A model generated the notes under the pieces. That model did no database searches, had not been told where the DNA came from, and worked only from the letters and a program-made list of their open reading frames with translations. Source: Selaginella moellendorffii (Eukaryota; Plantae; Lycopodiophyta). Taken from it: a stretch of DNA of 64,000 bases. Location of the stretch: contig NW_003314306.1 in NCBI RefSeq assembly GCF_000143415.4, forward strand, positions 528,897-592,896, in the 5' to 3' direction. The position numbers and the translations under genes were made by a program. Shown piece after piece: positions 25,335 to 36,486 of this stretch; within the stretch, counting starts at the first letter, position 1; each line of letters opens with the position of its first letter.

Positions 25335-26358
25335 ATGCTTGGAAGAATTGTAGCAGCGCAGAGGCCCATCTCGATTTGCAGCAATGCGAGGTATGATGAG
25401 GAAGAAAGGACGAGCGTGTGGGATTCTTCCAATGTCAAGAGCGTGAGGCATAGAAACAGGGTGAGATTCATCAAAGAGAGCACTTGGAACACCCAAAATG
25501 GCTACTCCAATCGGAGAAGTAAATTCCATGACAATGAAGAGCGCAGCAAGAGATGGGAGTTTCCTCGAGATCAAGAAGATGAAGATTTCGATGATTATGA
25601 TGAAGAGGAGGACGATGAAGAGGAAGAGGATGAAGACCAAATAGATTTTAGAGCAGTAAGTTAAGAACAAAGATTTTTCGTTTTTCGAGATTTTGATGCT
25701 ATGGTTTTGATCTTAGGTGCTTGGTCTGTTTGGAATTGGACTACCAGTGGCGTTCATAGCAGTTCCATGGCTGATCAATCACCCCATGGCTCTCACAATG
25801 GTTCTTGCTCTACCTCCACTGGTCCAGCGGGCTTTCAGATTTGCTGTGGACGTGACGAGCTCGTTCTCAAGATCTCGATCCAGATTTCGAGAAAGATATC
25901 GATCGAGGTTTGCAGGTCCTGCGCGTCGCCGCTATCAAAGATCGAGGACTATGGATCGAGACGAAGAAATGGATCCAAGACATGGAAATGGAGGGATGGA
26001 TCGAAGATATAGAGATGGAGAGCGATCTCAGAGCTATAGAACATATAAAAGAGGTGGTAAAGAGGTGGATCTGGATAGCACGTATACCAGCGATCGAAGA
26101 ACTAGAGGTGGCGATACGAGCGACGATGAGATTGGTGGTGTTAGCTCCTGGGACATCTCGAACGAGAGCAAGGAAGAACAGGGAAGTATGGAGGGATGGA
26201 TTGAGCTGGAAAATGATAGAAAACTGCAATTTCGACGTACCAGAAGAGTAGCAAAAGCACGGATGCGAAGGCTCCAAAGGAGGAAGGACATTTCCTTGTT
26301 CTGGAGATTTTTTCTATCAGCTTTTCCTTTCTTGCGGTCGTGGGGAGGATTCCTGTAG
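25335..26358 (+). CDS. Hypothetical membrane protein, 2 exons (25335-25655, 25717-26358)
   Basis: In-frame GT-AG intron; acidic tract, hydrophobic hairpin GLPVAFIAVPWL, Arg-rich region, C-terminal FPFLRSWGGFL motif. Confidence 0.75.
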
Positions 26359-26500
26359 CATACAAGCAAAACTTATTAGCATGGCTACACAGAGCTTGAA
26401 TCGAGAGAAACTTACTTGTGAATAAGCATACGAGTAGAAGAAATCTGTGAGCACTCAAAAGTAAAAAACGGAGTCAAGGCAAGATGGAAACGTTATCGAG

Positions 26501-29045
26501 TTACCATGAGAGATTCCACAGGGGTGTTGTCGGCCAATATTGCCAGCACGCAGGCCGGTCCCTGGAGATGAGCAGCACCTTGGAACCCGAGTAGTCGAAA
26601 GTTGGACAGTACAAATCATCGCTGCCAATGACTGCCGGTCCGCAAGCTCCGCCAGTCGATGCATCGAACACGAACAAGCCGTTCCCGTTGACAGCCATGA
26701 CCGAGCTTTTGTCTCCCCAAACTTGAGATATTTGCGTGTGTAGATGATGAGAAGAAGCCGACTTTGGAAGCGTGTAGAGCATCATTGGCTGGCCTTTGCG
26801 TATAGACCATTGCTGGATGGTACACTGCGACTTAATCGTGCCTGCCGCGTAGACTGCTTCGCCGTGAGCGTACAGGGAGTGAACGTCCTGACCAAGCGTT
26901 GGAATCTTCACAGCGACTCCTGAAGGGACCCGAAAGTCGAGGATGCTCACAGCTTCTTGAGTCGCAACGACTCCGACGATTCCATCAATGTTCTTAGAGT
27001 TAATCCTGTGGAAGTGTCAGAACGAATCGATAATAGACATCAGAAAGTACGTACCTTTGTCTGACGCCGCCATTGCACTCACCATCGATGTTGTATATGT
27101 GAACAGCTCGAGGAGCATTGCCGGCTAAATCGATGGTGTGGACACACTGAGCTTCTGCATTGGACACGTCCCATGCAGTGACGACTTTATCTTCCACGGC
27201 GATTAGAGTACCCCTGCTCCTCCACTGTAGCGGCGAACTGTAGCTCATAGTTGATGACAGGCATCTCTTTGAATCCCAATTCATGACACGATCACCATCT
27301 CGAATGTCGTAGAGCGTAAGTGTCTTCAGCCCACTGCCTCCACAAGCTATGAGAGGACCACAAGGTGTGTACCACCATAAAGGGAACTCCAGCTCTCCCT
27401 TGGACTCGGAAAACCTGTGGCCTTGAGTGGAGCCTGATCCCAGGGACGAGGTATCCTTTGAAGAGCGTCTAGATTCTGGACTCGAGCTTCTGTTGCTATG
27501 GGGTGTCGTCGGCCAAGATGGGGTCTCGGAACGATACGCAGCTACAGTTTTATCGTAGAAGTTCCACGAACAAAATGCCGGATCAACTGCAGTGCCAGCA
27601 GAAGCTGCCACTACGTATTTACACGAGCGACCATCCATTCCTGCGGCTCTGATAAGCCAGCAATCTCGCCAAGTCGAAGGGACTAGTTCTTCGGGTAGTT
27701 TGTACTGAGATTTCTCCTGCAAATCAAAAAAATCTGAAGCTGTTAGAAAAACCTTTGAATATAAACAACAGCTTACCTCCATATTAGCAACATCGTAGAA
27801 CGAGCAGCTACCATCATCGTGTGCCAAAAGCATTCCCTCTGCTTCGTAGACAAACCATCCCGCCAGCACAGATTTACTTCCGAGCTGACAAAGTTCCGGC
27901 TCCGTGTCGTCTACTGGCAGTTCCAAAGCAGAAACATTCACCGCGGGTACCGCATTCTCCTGGTCCTCGGTAACATCTTCCGACAGGACTTCATCACATT
28001 CAAGACCCACCAGAGCCTCAAAAGCCACGTCCGAGGCAGACGTGTTTGCGCTTTTGTAGCTGCCGGAGGAGCGATTGTCACTTAGTGAATGCCGTCGCCT
28101 CTTCTCCGAAGTCCCAGTACGTATAGTAGAAGCCACGCAGCTCTTTTCCACACTACTGTCGTTCCCACAACGGAGCAAGGGCAGTGCTTTCAATTCTATG
28201 GACGTGGAAGGGACCTTTGCAGCTTGAGAGCACTTCAAGGAAGCCAGAAACTCGTCGGCAACCGTCAGCAAACTCTCGTGCACGGACACCGTGTTGGATT
28301 TCCTGCCCTCCGAGTCTGACTTCTCCTCCAAAGTAACTATCGTAGATTCCTGGGAAAGCCCACAACTCGTCGTGAGCTCCCTCCTCCCTCCCTCGATTCC
28401 ACGGGACACAATTACCTTCTCAATGTTGGAAATCTTGCTCTGGATATCTGTGAGAACCTGGTTGCTCATAGGATGACTCGCGTGAAGGAGCTGCTTTGTA
28501 TCTCTGAGCTCGCTCGCCAACTGCGTGACTCGATCTTCCAGCAACGAAAGCCTTGTGTGTAGCTCGACTGAGAAGAGACCACCTCCACCTTCCTGCTTGT
28601 GAGATTCTTCCTTCACTACTTCTCCTTGTAGTCCAGTCTCTGGAGAAAACTGCTTAGGCTCACCGCTGCTGCTCACAGTGCTACCAGTCTCCTCTTTCGT
28701 TGTGCTTCCCACACTCTCTGGCTTCACACACTTCCCTACTGGCGCTGGCTTCTTCCCCGAGGATGTCTGGCAGTGCACTGGAGCTGGAGAGATTGACCTT
28801 TCCTGTGGACCCTTTCCCGCCCGGAGCTTGAGCAAATCGATTGTCTTCTTCCCGGGCACCACTTTCTCCTGCGATGACGCCGCCTTCCCGGCGCGGAGCT
28901 TGAGCAGATCGATCGTCTTCCTCCCTGACCCTGGCTTCTGCGATTCGATGGGAGGGGGAGAAACCCCAATCAGCTCATCCGGATGAGGAGCAATCGCCTT
29001 GCCGCTCCCTCCGCCCCGCCCTTTCTTCCTCACGATCTGCTGCAT
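26501..29045 (-). CDS. KIN14B-interacting WD40-like protein (At4g14310 family), 3 exons
   Basis: Coiled coil LHTRLSLLEDRV; GWFVYEAEGMLLAHDDGSCSFYD, WRDCWLIRAAG.DG, ASAG, WWYTPCGPL, YSSPLQWR, CPTFDYSGS..LLISRDRPA motifs; introns ~27718-27775 and 27006-27054. Confidence 0.88.
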
Positions 29046-29319
29046 TTCCAATCGCCTGGAGCGCGATTGGAATCTCGATCTATGCTAGGACACTACCTGC
29101 GTACCACAATGCCGATTCGGCCACCGCGGAGAAACCCTGGAGAGCCGATAGAACCCTAGAAAAGAGAATGTGGTACTAGCTGAGAAAATGGCGGGATAGC
29201 GTTTGTAAAGAAGCGGGAAAGTTAATGTCATCCAACGGCTGATATTCCCACACCTGGATGGACGGTGACCCGGACACGGCATATCCCTTTGTGTGATTAG
29301 AAATATTCGATCACTCGTT

Positions 29320-30214
29320 TTAAGTGACCACCTTCGCGACCTTGCGTGGTTCTCTTTGGTTCGTTAAAGGACATTGCATTTCTTGCCAGCTTACGGCAAC
29401 CATTGTAGCACCTGGAAGAACACACAGAGAAAAAAAATCGAATCGCAAAACTTTTGGTAGAAACGAGGAAGAACTTTGGCATGCCAGCGACGCTCACAGC
29501 CGAAACTACGCCAAGTTCGTTCTTTGCAGTGGAAAGATAGTAAGCGCGAGAGTCTCCGAGCGAGATCTGGGAAAAAATCGAGAGAAAACGATCGATCGAA
29601 CAGTGAAGTGACGAGTTTTAGTTACCACTTCCGCTCGAATGATGTCTCCAGGCCGGAACGAAGAATGCATGTCTACTTTGTCGATCTCAGTGAGCCTTAC
29701 ATCCTGTTGTCTTCGCAGAGAGAGAAAATAAAAACCATACAAGTTTGAAGAACATCACGAGAACTTGGAAAGAAATCCTGGTACCTGACTATGCCCGTGA
29801 ATTTCTCCTTCACGGCCCTTGGCCCGACGCAAACGATATCCGCCGAAGCCATTCGTGCCTGGACTTTCGTGATCTACAATCGCAACAAGCAAAAGAAAAG
29901 AAATATCAAAGGAGTTCCATAAATTTCTACCTTGGCAGTGACTGTCGATCCAGCTTCTGGCACTGCGTCCCTCTCCTTCTCCCTGCGAATCTCGATCGTA
30001 GGCCTCTGGAAAGATCTCAGCAGAAATTTCTTCCAGCAAATTCGCCCATTACCAGATCATCCGAGCCTTGTTTCGCCTCGATCAAATGCCGGATCCCGAC
30101 GAGCGAGGCGTAAATCTTACCGTCGTGGCAGTAGGAGCCTCTGCCGGCATTGAATTCGGACGCCAGGCCAAGCAGCTCGCCCGGCGTCCGGAGATCGTCT
30201 TCCCGCTTCGCCAT
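29320..30214 (-). CDS. CSL4: RNA exosome cap subunit CSL4, multi-exon
   Basis: TPGELLG..AGRGSY..IYASL; FTGIVR/QQDVRLTEIDKVDMHSSFRPGDIIRAEV/ISLGDSRAYYLSTAKNELGVV; SWQEMQCPLTNQREPRKVAK. Confidence 0.95.
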
Positions 30215-30336
30215 AGCCACGAAGAACCCTAAACCCCTAGTTATTAACTACGGATAATAAACCAACATTAAAGGCCGAATTTTGCTGATAAAGACATGAT
30301 AGAACCTCCTTAGAATGACTGACTGACAAGAACACA
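30215..30336. promoter_or_regulatory. Putative ~120-bp bidirectional promoter between CSL4 and the NAPE-PLD-like gene, with telo-box-like AACCCTAAACCCCTAG
   Basis: Divergent ATGs at 30214 and 30337; telo-box-like motif at ~30224-30240. Confidence 0.55.
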
Positions 30337-32152
30337 ATGGGAGAAGAAGGGAATACCGATGGCGCTCGCGACGGCAGCTCGCGCGATCATCACCTCGCGA
30401 GGGGGAAGGGATTCTGGAATCCATGGCCATCGTTTGGATTCGAGGGGAATGCGCGAGAGGCGATCGTCATGATGCTCAGGGCAAGGCCGCCTTTCTTTTC
30501 TTTCAATCGATCGATCATTCTTTCCTCGTCTATTCCCCTCCAGGATTTCGATCGCAAGCGCTGCCAAGTGACCGCCGAGGTGCGCGCGAGATTGGGACTG
30601 CGGCCGCTCAGCACAGATCTGGCGAGCATTCGCAGCCCGCCAGAGGAATCGGCCCAGGTATTTCTTGGCAGGATTTGGGAGCCAAGAAGCGTGATTTCTT
30701 GGGAAATTTTCTATGGCAGGTGACATGGATCGGCCACGCGACATTCCTCGTCCAGTTCGATCGTCTCAACATCCTCACGGATCCAGGTGAGCTGCGATTT
30801 CGCTGCTCTTGCCAGAGATTTAACCCAGCGAGAGTTTTCCAGTGTGGTCGGAGCGCTGCTCTCCCTCGAGCATCATTGGGCCGAAACGGTAGTAACAAAT
30901 TTCTTTGTCCTTCTTTACCTTGTGTGGTGTTGCAGTGTGATGCCTGTTCCGTTCCCAATAAAGGAGCTACCTCCCATCGACGTGGTCATTATATCTCACA
31001 ACCATTACGGTACTCTCGAACATCTCGATCGATTTGTTTCTTTTCCTAGCGTTCTCAAGCGAACTTCTTTGAACAGACCATCTAGACGAGACAACCGTCA
31101 GAGCTCTAGGAAACACGCCTCTCTATCTTGTCCCGCTCGGAATAAAAAAATGGTAAGATCTAGCTTGCGTGTAAAGAAATAGTTTTTTTTCTCAGTGATG
31201 GTTTACTGTTGTGACCAGGTTTAACGGAATCGGAATCACAAACGTGGTATGTTTCTCGATCGTTTGTAATTCTCGGGATCCTCTCGTTTGATCATCACAG
31301 GTGGAATTGGACTGGTGGGAAGAACATAAAATACCGTACAGCGGTTCTAAAGTTCTCAAGGCGGTATGCACGCCTTGCCAACATTTTTCTGGTCGTGGTA
31401 TATTTGATCGAAACAAGGTTAGAAAGAACTTAAGTCAGAGCTTTGTAATTATCCTGTTCACCCGTTGCAATGCAGACGCTCTGGTGTTCTTGGGTCATGG
31501 AAGCAGACAAGAGGAAGTTCTACTTCGCCGGTGATACGGGGTTTTGCACTGTTCCTCGGCATAGCGACCACAATGGTGGCGTTCCAGAAACAGGCACAGG
31601 AGGTGGCTAAGTTCTTTCTTTATATTCTTTTCCTCTGTAACGTGCGCTGACTTGACATTGCAGCTCAATTGTCTGTTTGTCCCGCATTTGAAGAGATTGG
31701 AAAACGCTATGGACCGTTTGACTTCGCATTCATTCCAATCGGAGCTTACAGCCCTCGCTACTTCATGAGTCCTATCCACTGCTCTCCAGGTAAATCACCA
31801 ACCAGGATCCGATTGCATATATGTCTTATATATCGATCAACGTTGACAGAGGATGCCGTGGCCATCCACCGAATCGTCAGATCCAAGCTATCAATTGCGA
31901 TGCACTGGGGTCAGTCTTTTCCGATTCTTCTTTTTATTTTCTTTGGCCTGTTGTGAATTAAACTTGATCGCAGGAACGTTTGTTCTGACGGACGAGCCGC
32001 TGCTGGAACCGCCTGCGAGATTGCAGAAGGTCTGTTTCGTGTGAAGTTCTTTTCTCATGTCGTCGGTCTGTTCTGTCCAGGAGCTGGAGAGGTTGAAGAT
32101 AGACGCGTCCGCATTTATCACAATGAAGCACGGCGAGACAAAGTGTATATGA
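30337..32152 (+). CDS. N-acyl-phosphatidylethanolamine phospholipase D (NAPE-PLD/FMP30-like metallo-beta-lactamase), ~13 short exons
   Basis: Spliced product: [143 protein letters not shown]. The HxHxDH zinc motif is intact. Confidence 0.9.
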
Positions 32153-32403
32153 AGTGAATGCCACCTTACAAAGTACTACTGATTCGGTGAGCCGCTCTTT
32201 ATGATTCTATTTCATACGATTTGTATTAGGTGGATAAGTTTCCCGTGAAGCTCTTTACAGTGAGGCGTTACAGGCGCTTGACTTTAGATTCGTGAGAGAC
32301 ATCTATGGGACTAGTTTGTCTCCGGATTCGGTGAACTACTTCTATCATTAAGTCTGGAGATTTTCATTTGGAGCTCTCTACTAGTGAACTATCTGCAGTG
32401 AGT

Positions 32404-32986
32404 ATGATTTACGCGATCCTTCTCTCGTGTGCCATCATCTCCTCGTTCACGACGATTTCTCAGGTACCACTTTCCCTCTCTTAACTTCCAAGTTCTCGAA
32501 TCGTCTCTTTTCCAGGCATGCTCGAAGAAGACCATCATCTTCTACGGACAAAACGTACGCTACCCAGCAAACTCGTCCCAAACCTCCGGGCAGCAAACAC
32601 TGGGAGGAGGATGCCTCGACCTCCCTCCTTACAACCCCGGCTACGCCTCGCTTCTCAGGCAAAAGCTCACGCTTGGGCCGGAGTATAACTCCCCCCAAGT
32701 TGGAATGGACTACGGCGGCTACGTTGCGAGCGGAGCCAGCGTCGCGTTTGGAACCGGCCAGTTTGTTCTCGACAACCATCCTTTGTTCGTGGGGACTCTT
32801 GCCTACAAGAGGCGAAGGGACATCTCGGAGAAAACCATAGCTTTCTCCGTCCGGGTTTATGGCAACGAGAGCTTCCATGGATTTGGAAATGGTACCAGCG
32901 TCACTGTTGCTTCGTACTACTATGGTCTCAACCTCGTCTTTAGATTTGTGATAGATATCTTTAGAAGCGAGTCGTGCATCCTCTAA
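32404..32986 (+). CDS. Secreted, divergent dirigent-like protein, 2 exons (32404-32463, 32516-32986)
   Basis: Signal peptide MIYAILLSCAIISSFTTISQ, GT-AG intron; IIFY, LTLGPEYNSPQVG, GTL and VYGNESFHGFGNG align loosely to dirigent motifs. Confidence 0.6.
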
Positions 32987-33150
32987 ACAAAAATGCTTTG
33001 TTACCTCTCGTTAGAACTTACTTGGTGGAAAGCATAAAGTGTAAACGACTGATTTTTTATATGATCTTCGCTTTGTGTGTCACAACTTGAAATCTTGCAA
33101 AGAATATAAGCGTGAGCCATTGATGATTTTCAAATTTATTGGAGTCCCCT

Positions 33151-33456
33151 TTGTTCTTGAGTTTTGTTACCCAGAAACCTGGAAGAGTAAGTTAAGAAAA
33201 TCTGGAAAGAGAGACAAATAAAACTTGTACCTATCAGCATTTTCTTGCTCAATCCTTGTCTCGTTTTCTGTTCTTTCTCCTTCAAACGAGCCGTGATATT
33301 TGTTCTTGAGTTTTGTTTCCCAAAATCCTGCAAGACTAAGTTAAAAAAAATTCTGGAAAGCCTTGCTATAAACCTGTTCGTCTTGTCAGGAAGGATTTTC
33401 TTGCTCGATCCTTGTCTCTTTTCGTGTTCTTTCTCCTTCAAACGAGCCGTGATATT
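33151..33456. repeat. Tandem duplication of a ~150-bp unit
   Basis: TTGTTCTTGAGTTTTGTT..TTCTCCTTCAAACGAGCCGTGATATT occurs at 33151 and 33300. Confidence 0.85.
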
Positions 33457-33755
33457 TTTCGCTTTCTCATCCCAGAGCCTGCAAATGCGTTTCTCTCAAT
33501 CCAAAACCTTCCAAGAAACAAATCAGTCCACTAAGTAGCACACACTTTGTGCACGAACTGACCAAAAAAACCTCACTCGACATAAAGCCTGTGACCACGA
33601 GAAAACTTTTAACTTACTTTCCACGACGGACGTGTGAAGCTCCCGAAACAAGTACTCCAAACGCATGCCTATCAGTAACAAAAGCATTCCTCACCTAAGA
33701 AATCCCAAGCGCCATTTAAGTCTCCAAAATCCACGTACCTGGTCTGTGGGAAGCA

Positions 33756-36332
33756 ATGGAGCTCAGCTCGTACCAACTCTTCTTTCTCGCAACCGGTTTC
33801 TTCCTCATGCTCGTCTCCGTCGAATCCCAGTCCCAATCCGAGAGCGCGACTTGCAAGGAGCAAGAGATGCTCCTCCTCGTCAACTTCAAGGCCGGCTTCA
33901 CTGACAGCCAAAACATGCTGGTACACTGGAATCAGAACAACACAAACTGCTGCAAATGGAATGGAATTACCTGCGATAGGTACGTACTTCCTTTTCCCCA
34001 GTAGAAAAGATATAACCATCGTCTCACCACCTCGCGGTTCTCAAACAGCCACGGGAACGTTATTTCCATCGACTGGGGCTTCTCCAACTACAACATCGCG
34101 GCCAAGTCGAGAGCTCGCGTAAATGTATTCGTGACGTACCTTCCACAGCTGGAGTACCTTCGTTATCTCGATCTCTCCACGGTCCAGCTCTCCATGGCCA
34201 TTCCTCCGGAGATAGGCTCCATGATGGGTCTCGAGGCTCTTTCGCTGGCGGGGAGCTCACTTATGGGACAGTTGCCGACGAACATCAGCAACCTCGTTAG
34301 CCTGCGGCATTTGGACCTGTCGAGCAATCCCCTCGGCATAAGAATCCCCACAAGCTTGTGTGACTTACAGAACCTTGAGCACCTCTCGCTCAATCACTCC
34401 CAGTTTCACGGTGCCGTTCCGCAGTGCTTCGGCACCGCAATGCCGAACCTGACGTTCCTGGATATGTCAGCCAACAATCTCTTAGGAGTGCCATCGTTTG
34501 CAAACTTGACGCAGCTGAAGTACCTGAACTTGAGCAGCAACATCTTCAGCAGCAAACTCCTGAGAAGTATCTGCGACGCCACCAGTCTCGAGCAGCTCGA
34601 CTTGTCCAGGTCCATGAGCTTGAGTGCCACACTTCCAGACTGCTTCTTCGATCTCACCGCGCTCAAGTATCTGGACCTGTCAGGAAACATGCTCATGGGC
34701 TCAATATCGGACTCCATTGGAAACTTCAAACGTCTCACTTACCTCAGTCTCGACGGGAATCAGTTCACCGGTGGAATACCGTATGGAATCAGCGACCTTT
34801 CCAGTCTCGTCATTCTTGACATGGTGGACATGTTTGACGAAAATGCAAGAACTTCCATCCCTTCGTTTCTTGGAGAGCTCACCAATCTTCGAGTTCTTCG
34901 GCTCAGTGGTCGTGCATGGCGAGGTGCCATTCCCAGCAGTAGCATCCAGAACCTCACCAGCCTGCAGGAGATGATAATTACGACCGCACCTTATATTAAT
35001 GGGCCGCTTCCTTCCGAGCTTGCTGGTCTCACCACCTTACAGACGCTGATAATCACCGGTACAACTGTCTGGGGTAGCATTCCCTCCGAGCTCGGGAACC
35101 TTCCGCAGCTGCGAGTTCTCGACCTCTCAAGCAACATGCTGTCAGGTAGCATTCCTCGGAACCTTGGGAGACTTCAGACGCTTCGGGAGCTCCAACTGGC
35201 ATCAAACAATCTTAGTGGAAGCATTCCCTGGGAGCTTGGAAGTATTCGCAGAGCTTACCTTGTGAACCTGTCAAACAACTCTTTGTCCGGCCAGATTCCC
35301 GACTCGCTGGCAAACATCGCCCCATCAGGAAGTATTGATCTCTCCAACAATCTCTTCACGGGCAGATTCCCAACAGCTCTCTGCCGCCTGGAGAACGTGA
35401 AGCTTAGTAACAACAAGCTTGAAGTACTTGACGGATGGCCATCAATGACTGAAAGGCTCGAGGTGTTGGACATCTCCAACAACAATCTCAGCGGGCCGAT
35501 ACCAAGCTGGCTGTCTCAGCAAAGTGCCTTGGACACGCTGGATTTGTCGCAGAACAACCTCTCTGGAGACGTTCCATCCTGGATAAGCACAGCGACGCGG
35601 TTAACGTCACTTAATCTGTCACACAACCAGCTTACCAACGAGCTCCAGTATCTGCCGATGATCAACAGCGTCGACTTGCATGCCAACCAGCTCAACGGGT
35701 CCTTCACCTTCGACTTCTATCCCGACTCTCTCGAGCGTAGCTTTCTCTTCTATTTGGACTTGTCGGAGAATCAGCTGTCTGGAGCCTTGCCCGCTAGCCT
35801 TCCAACGACGACGGGAAGTCACGAGGTATACTCGTATCTTTCCTTTCTGTCGCTCGCCAGCAACAGTCTAACCGGAACTATTCCTTCCGCCTTGTGGTCG
35901 AACCTGTCGAGCCTCACTGCTGTAGACTTCTCCAACAATCACTTCTCCGGAGAAATCCCGACGGAGCTAGCAGGCCTGGTAGGACTGACGAGTCTCAACC
36001 TGTCTCGCAATGATCTCTCCGGAGAAATCCCAACGAGCATCTCCAACGGCAACGCACTCCAGCTGATTGATCTCAGCAGGAACACACTGAACGGGACGAT
36101 CCCTCCGGAGATTGGTGACCTGTATATGCTCGAGATGCTGGATCTCTCGTACAACCAACTTTCCGGAAGCATCCCGACCGCACTGGACGACCTTCTCTCG
36201 CTCGCGGCTTTTAACGTGTCGGCCAACAATCTCACCGGAGCTATTCCTCAAGCCGGGGGCATCCACAAGTTCCCAGCTTCCAGCTTTGCCATGAATCCTG
36301 GCCTGTGTGGAACACCTCTGCCACCCTGTTAG
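33756..36332 (+). CDS. Secreted plant extracellular LRR protein (RLP/PGIP-like, no TM or kinase), 2 exons (33756-33978, 34049-36332)
   Basis: Signal peptide, LRRNT (C..LL.FK..W..CCKWNGITC), >20 LxxLxLSxNxLxGxIP repeats, ends NPGLCGTPLPPC*. Confidence 0.92.
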
Positions 36333-36486
36333 GCGTACTGGAAGTGTCGGTCGCCTACTAAAAGTCCCTCCATGTCATAAGTCGAGCATTCTTTACCTGC
36401 ACGTAATCCACGCATCGTTTCAGATTATATAAAGTTCCCCCACGTACCTGGTGTGTTCTTCACCGTAATAAATTGCTGTGCCCAGG

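Noticed and set aside
7440-32152. Ceramidase plus NAPE-PLD as a lipid-amide gene cluster
   Set aside because: They are 22 kb apart with unrelated genes between them; no evidence beyond coincidence.
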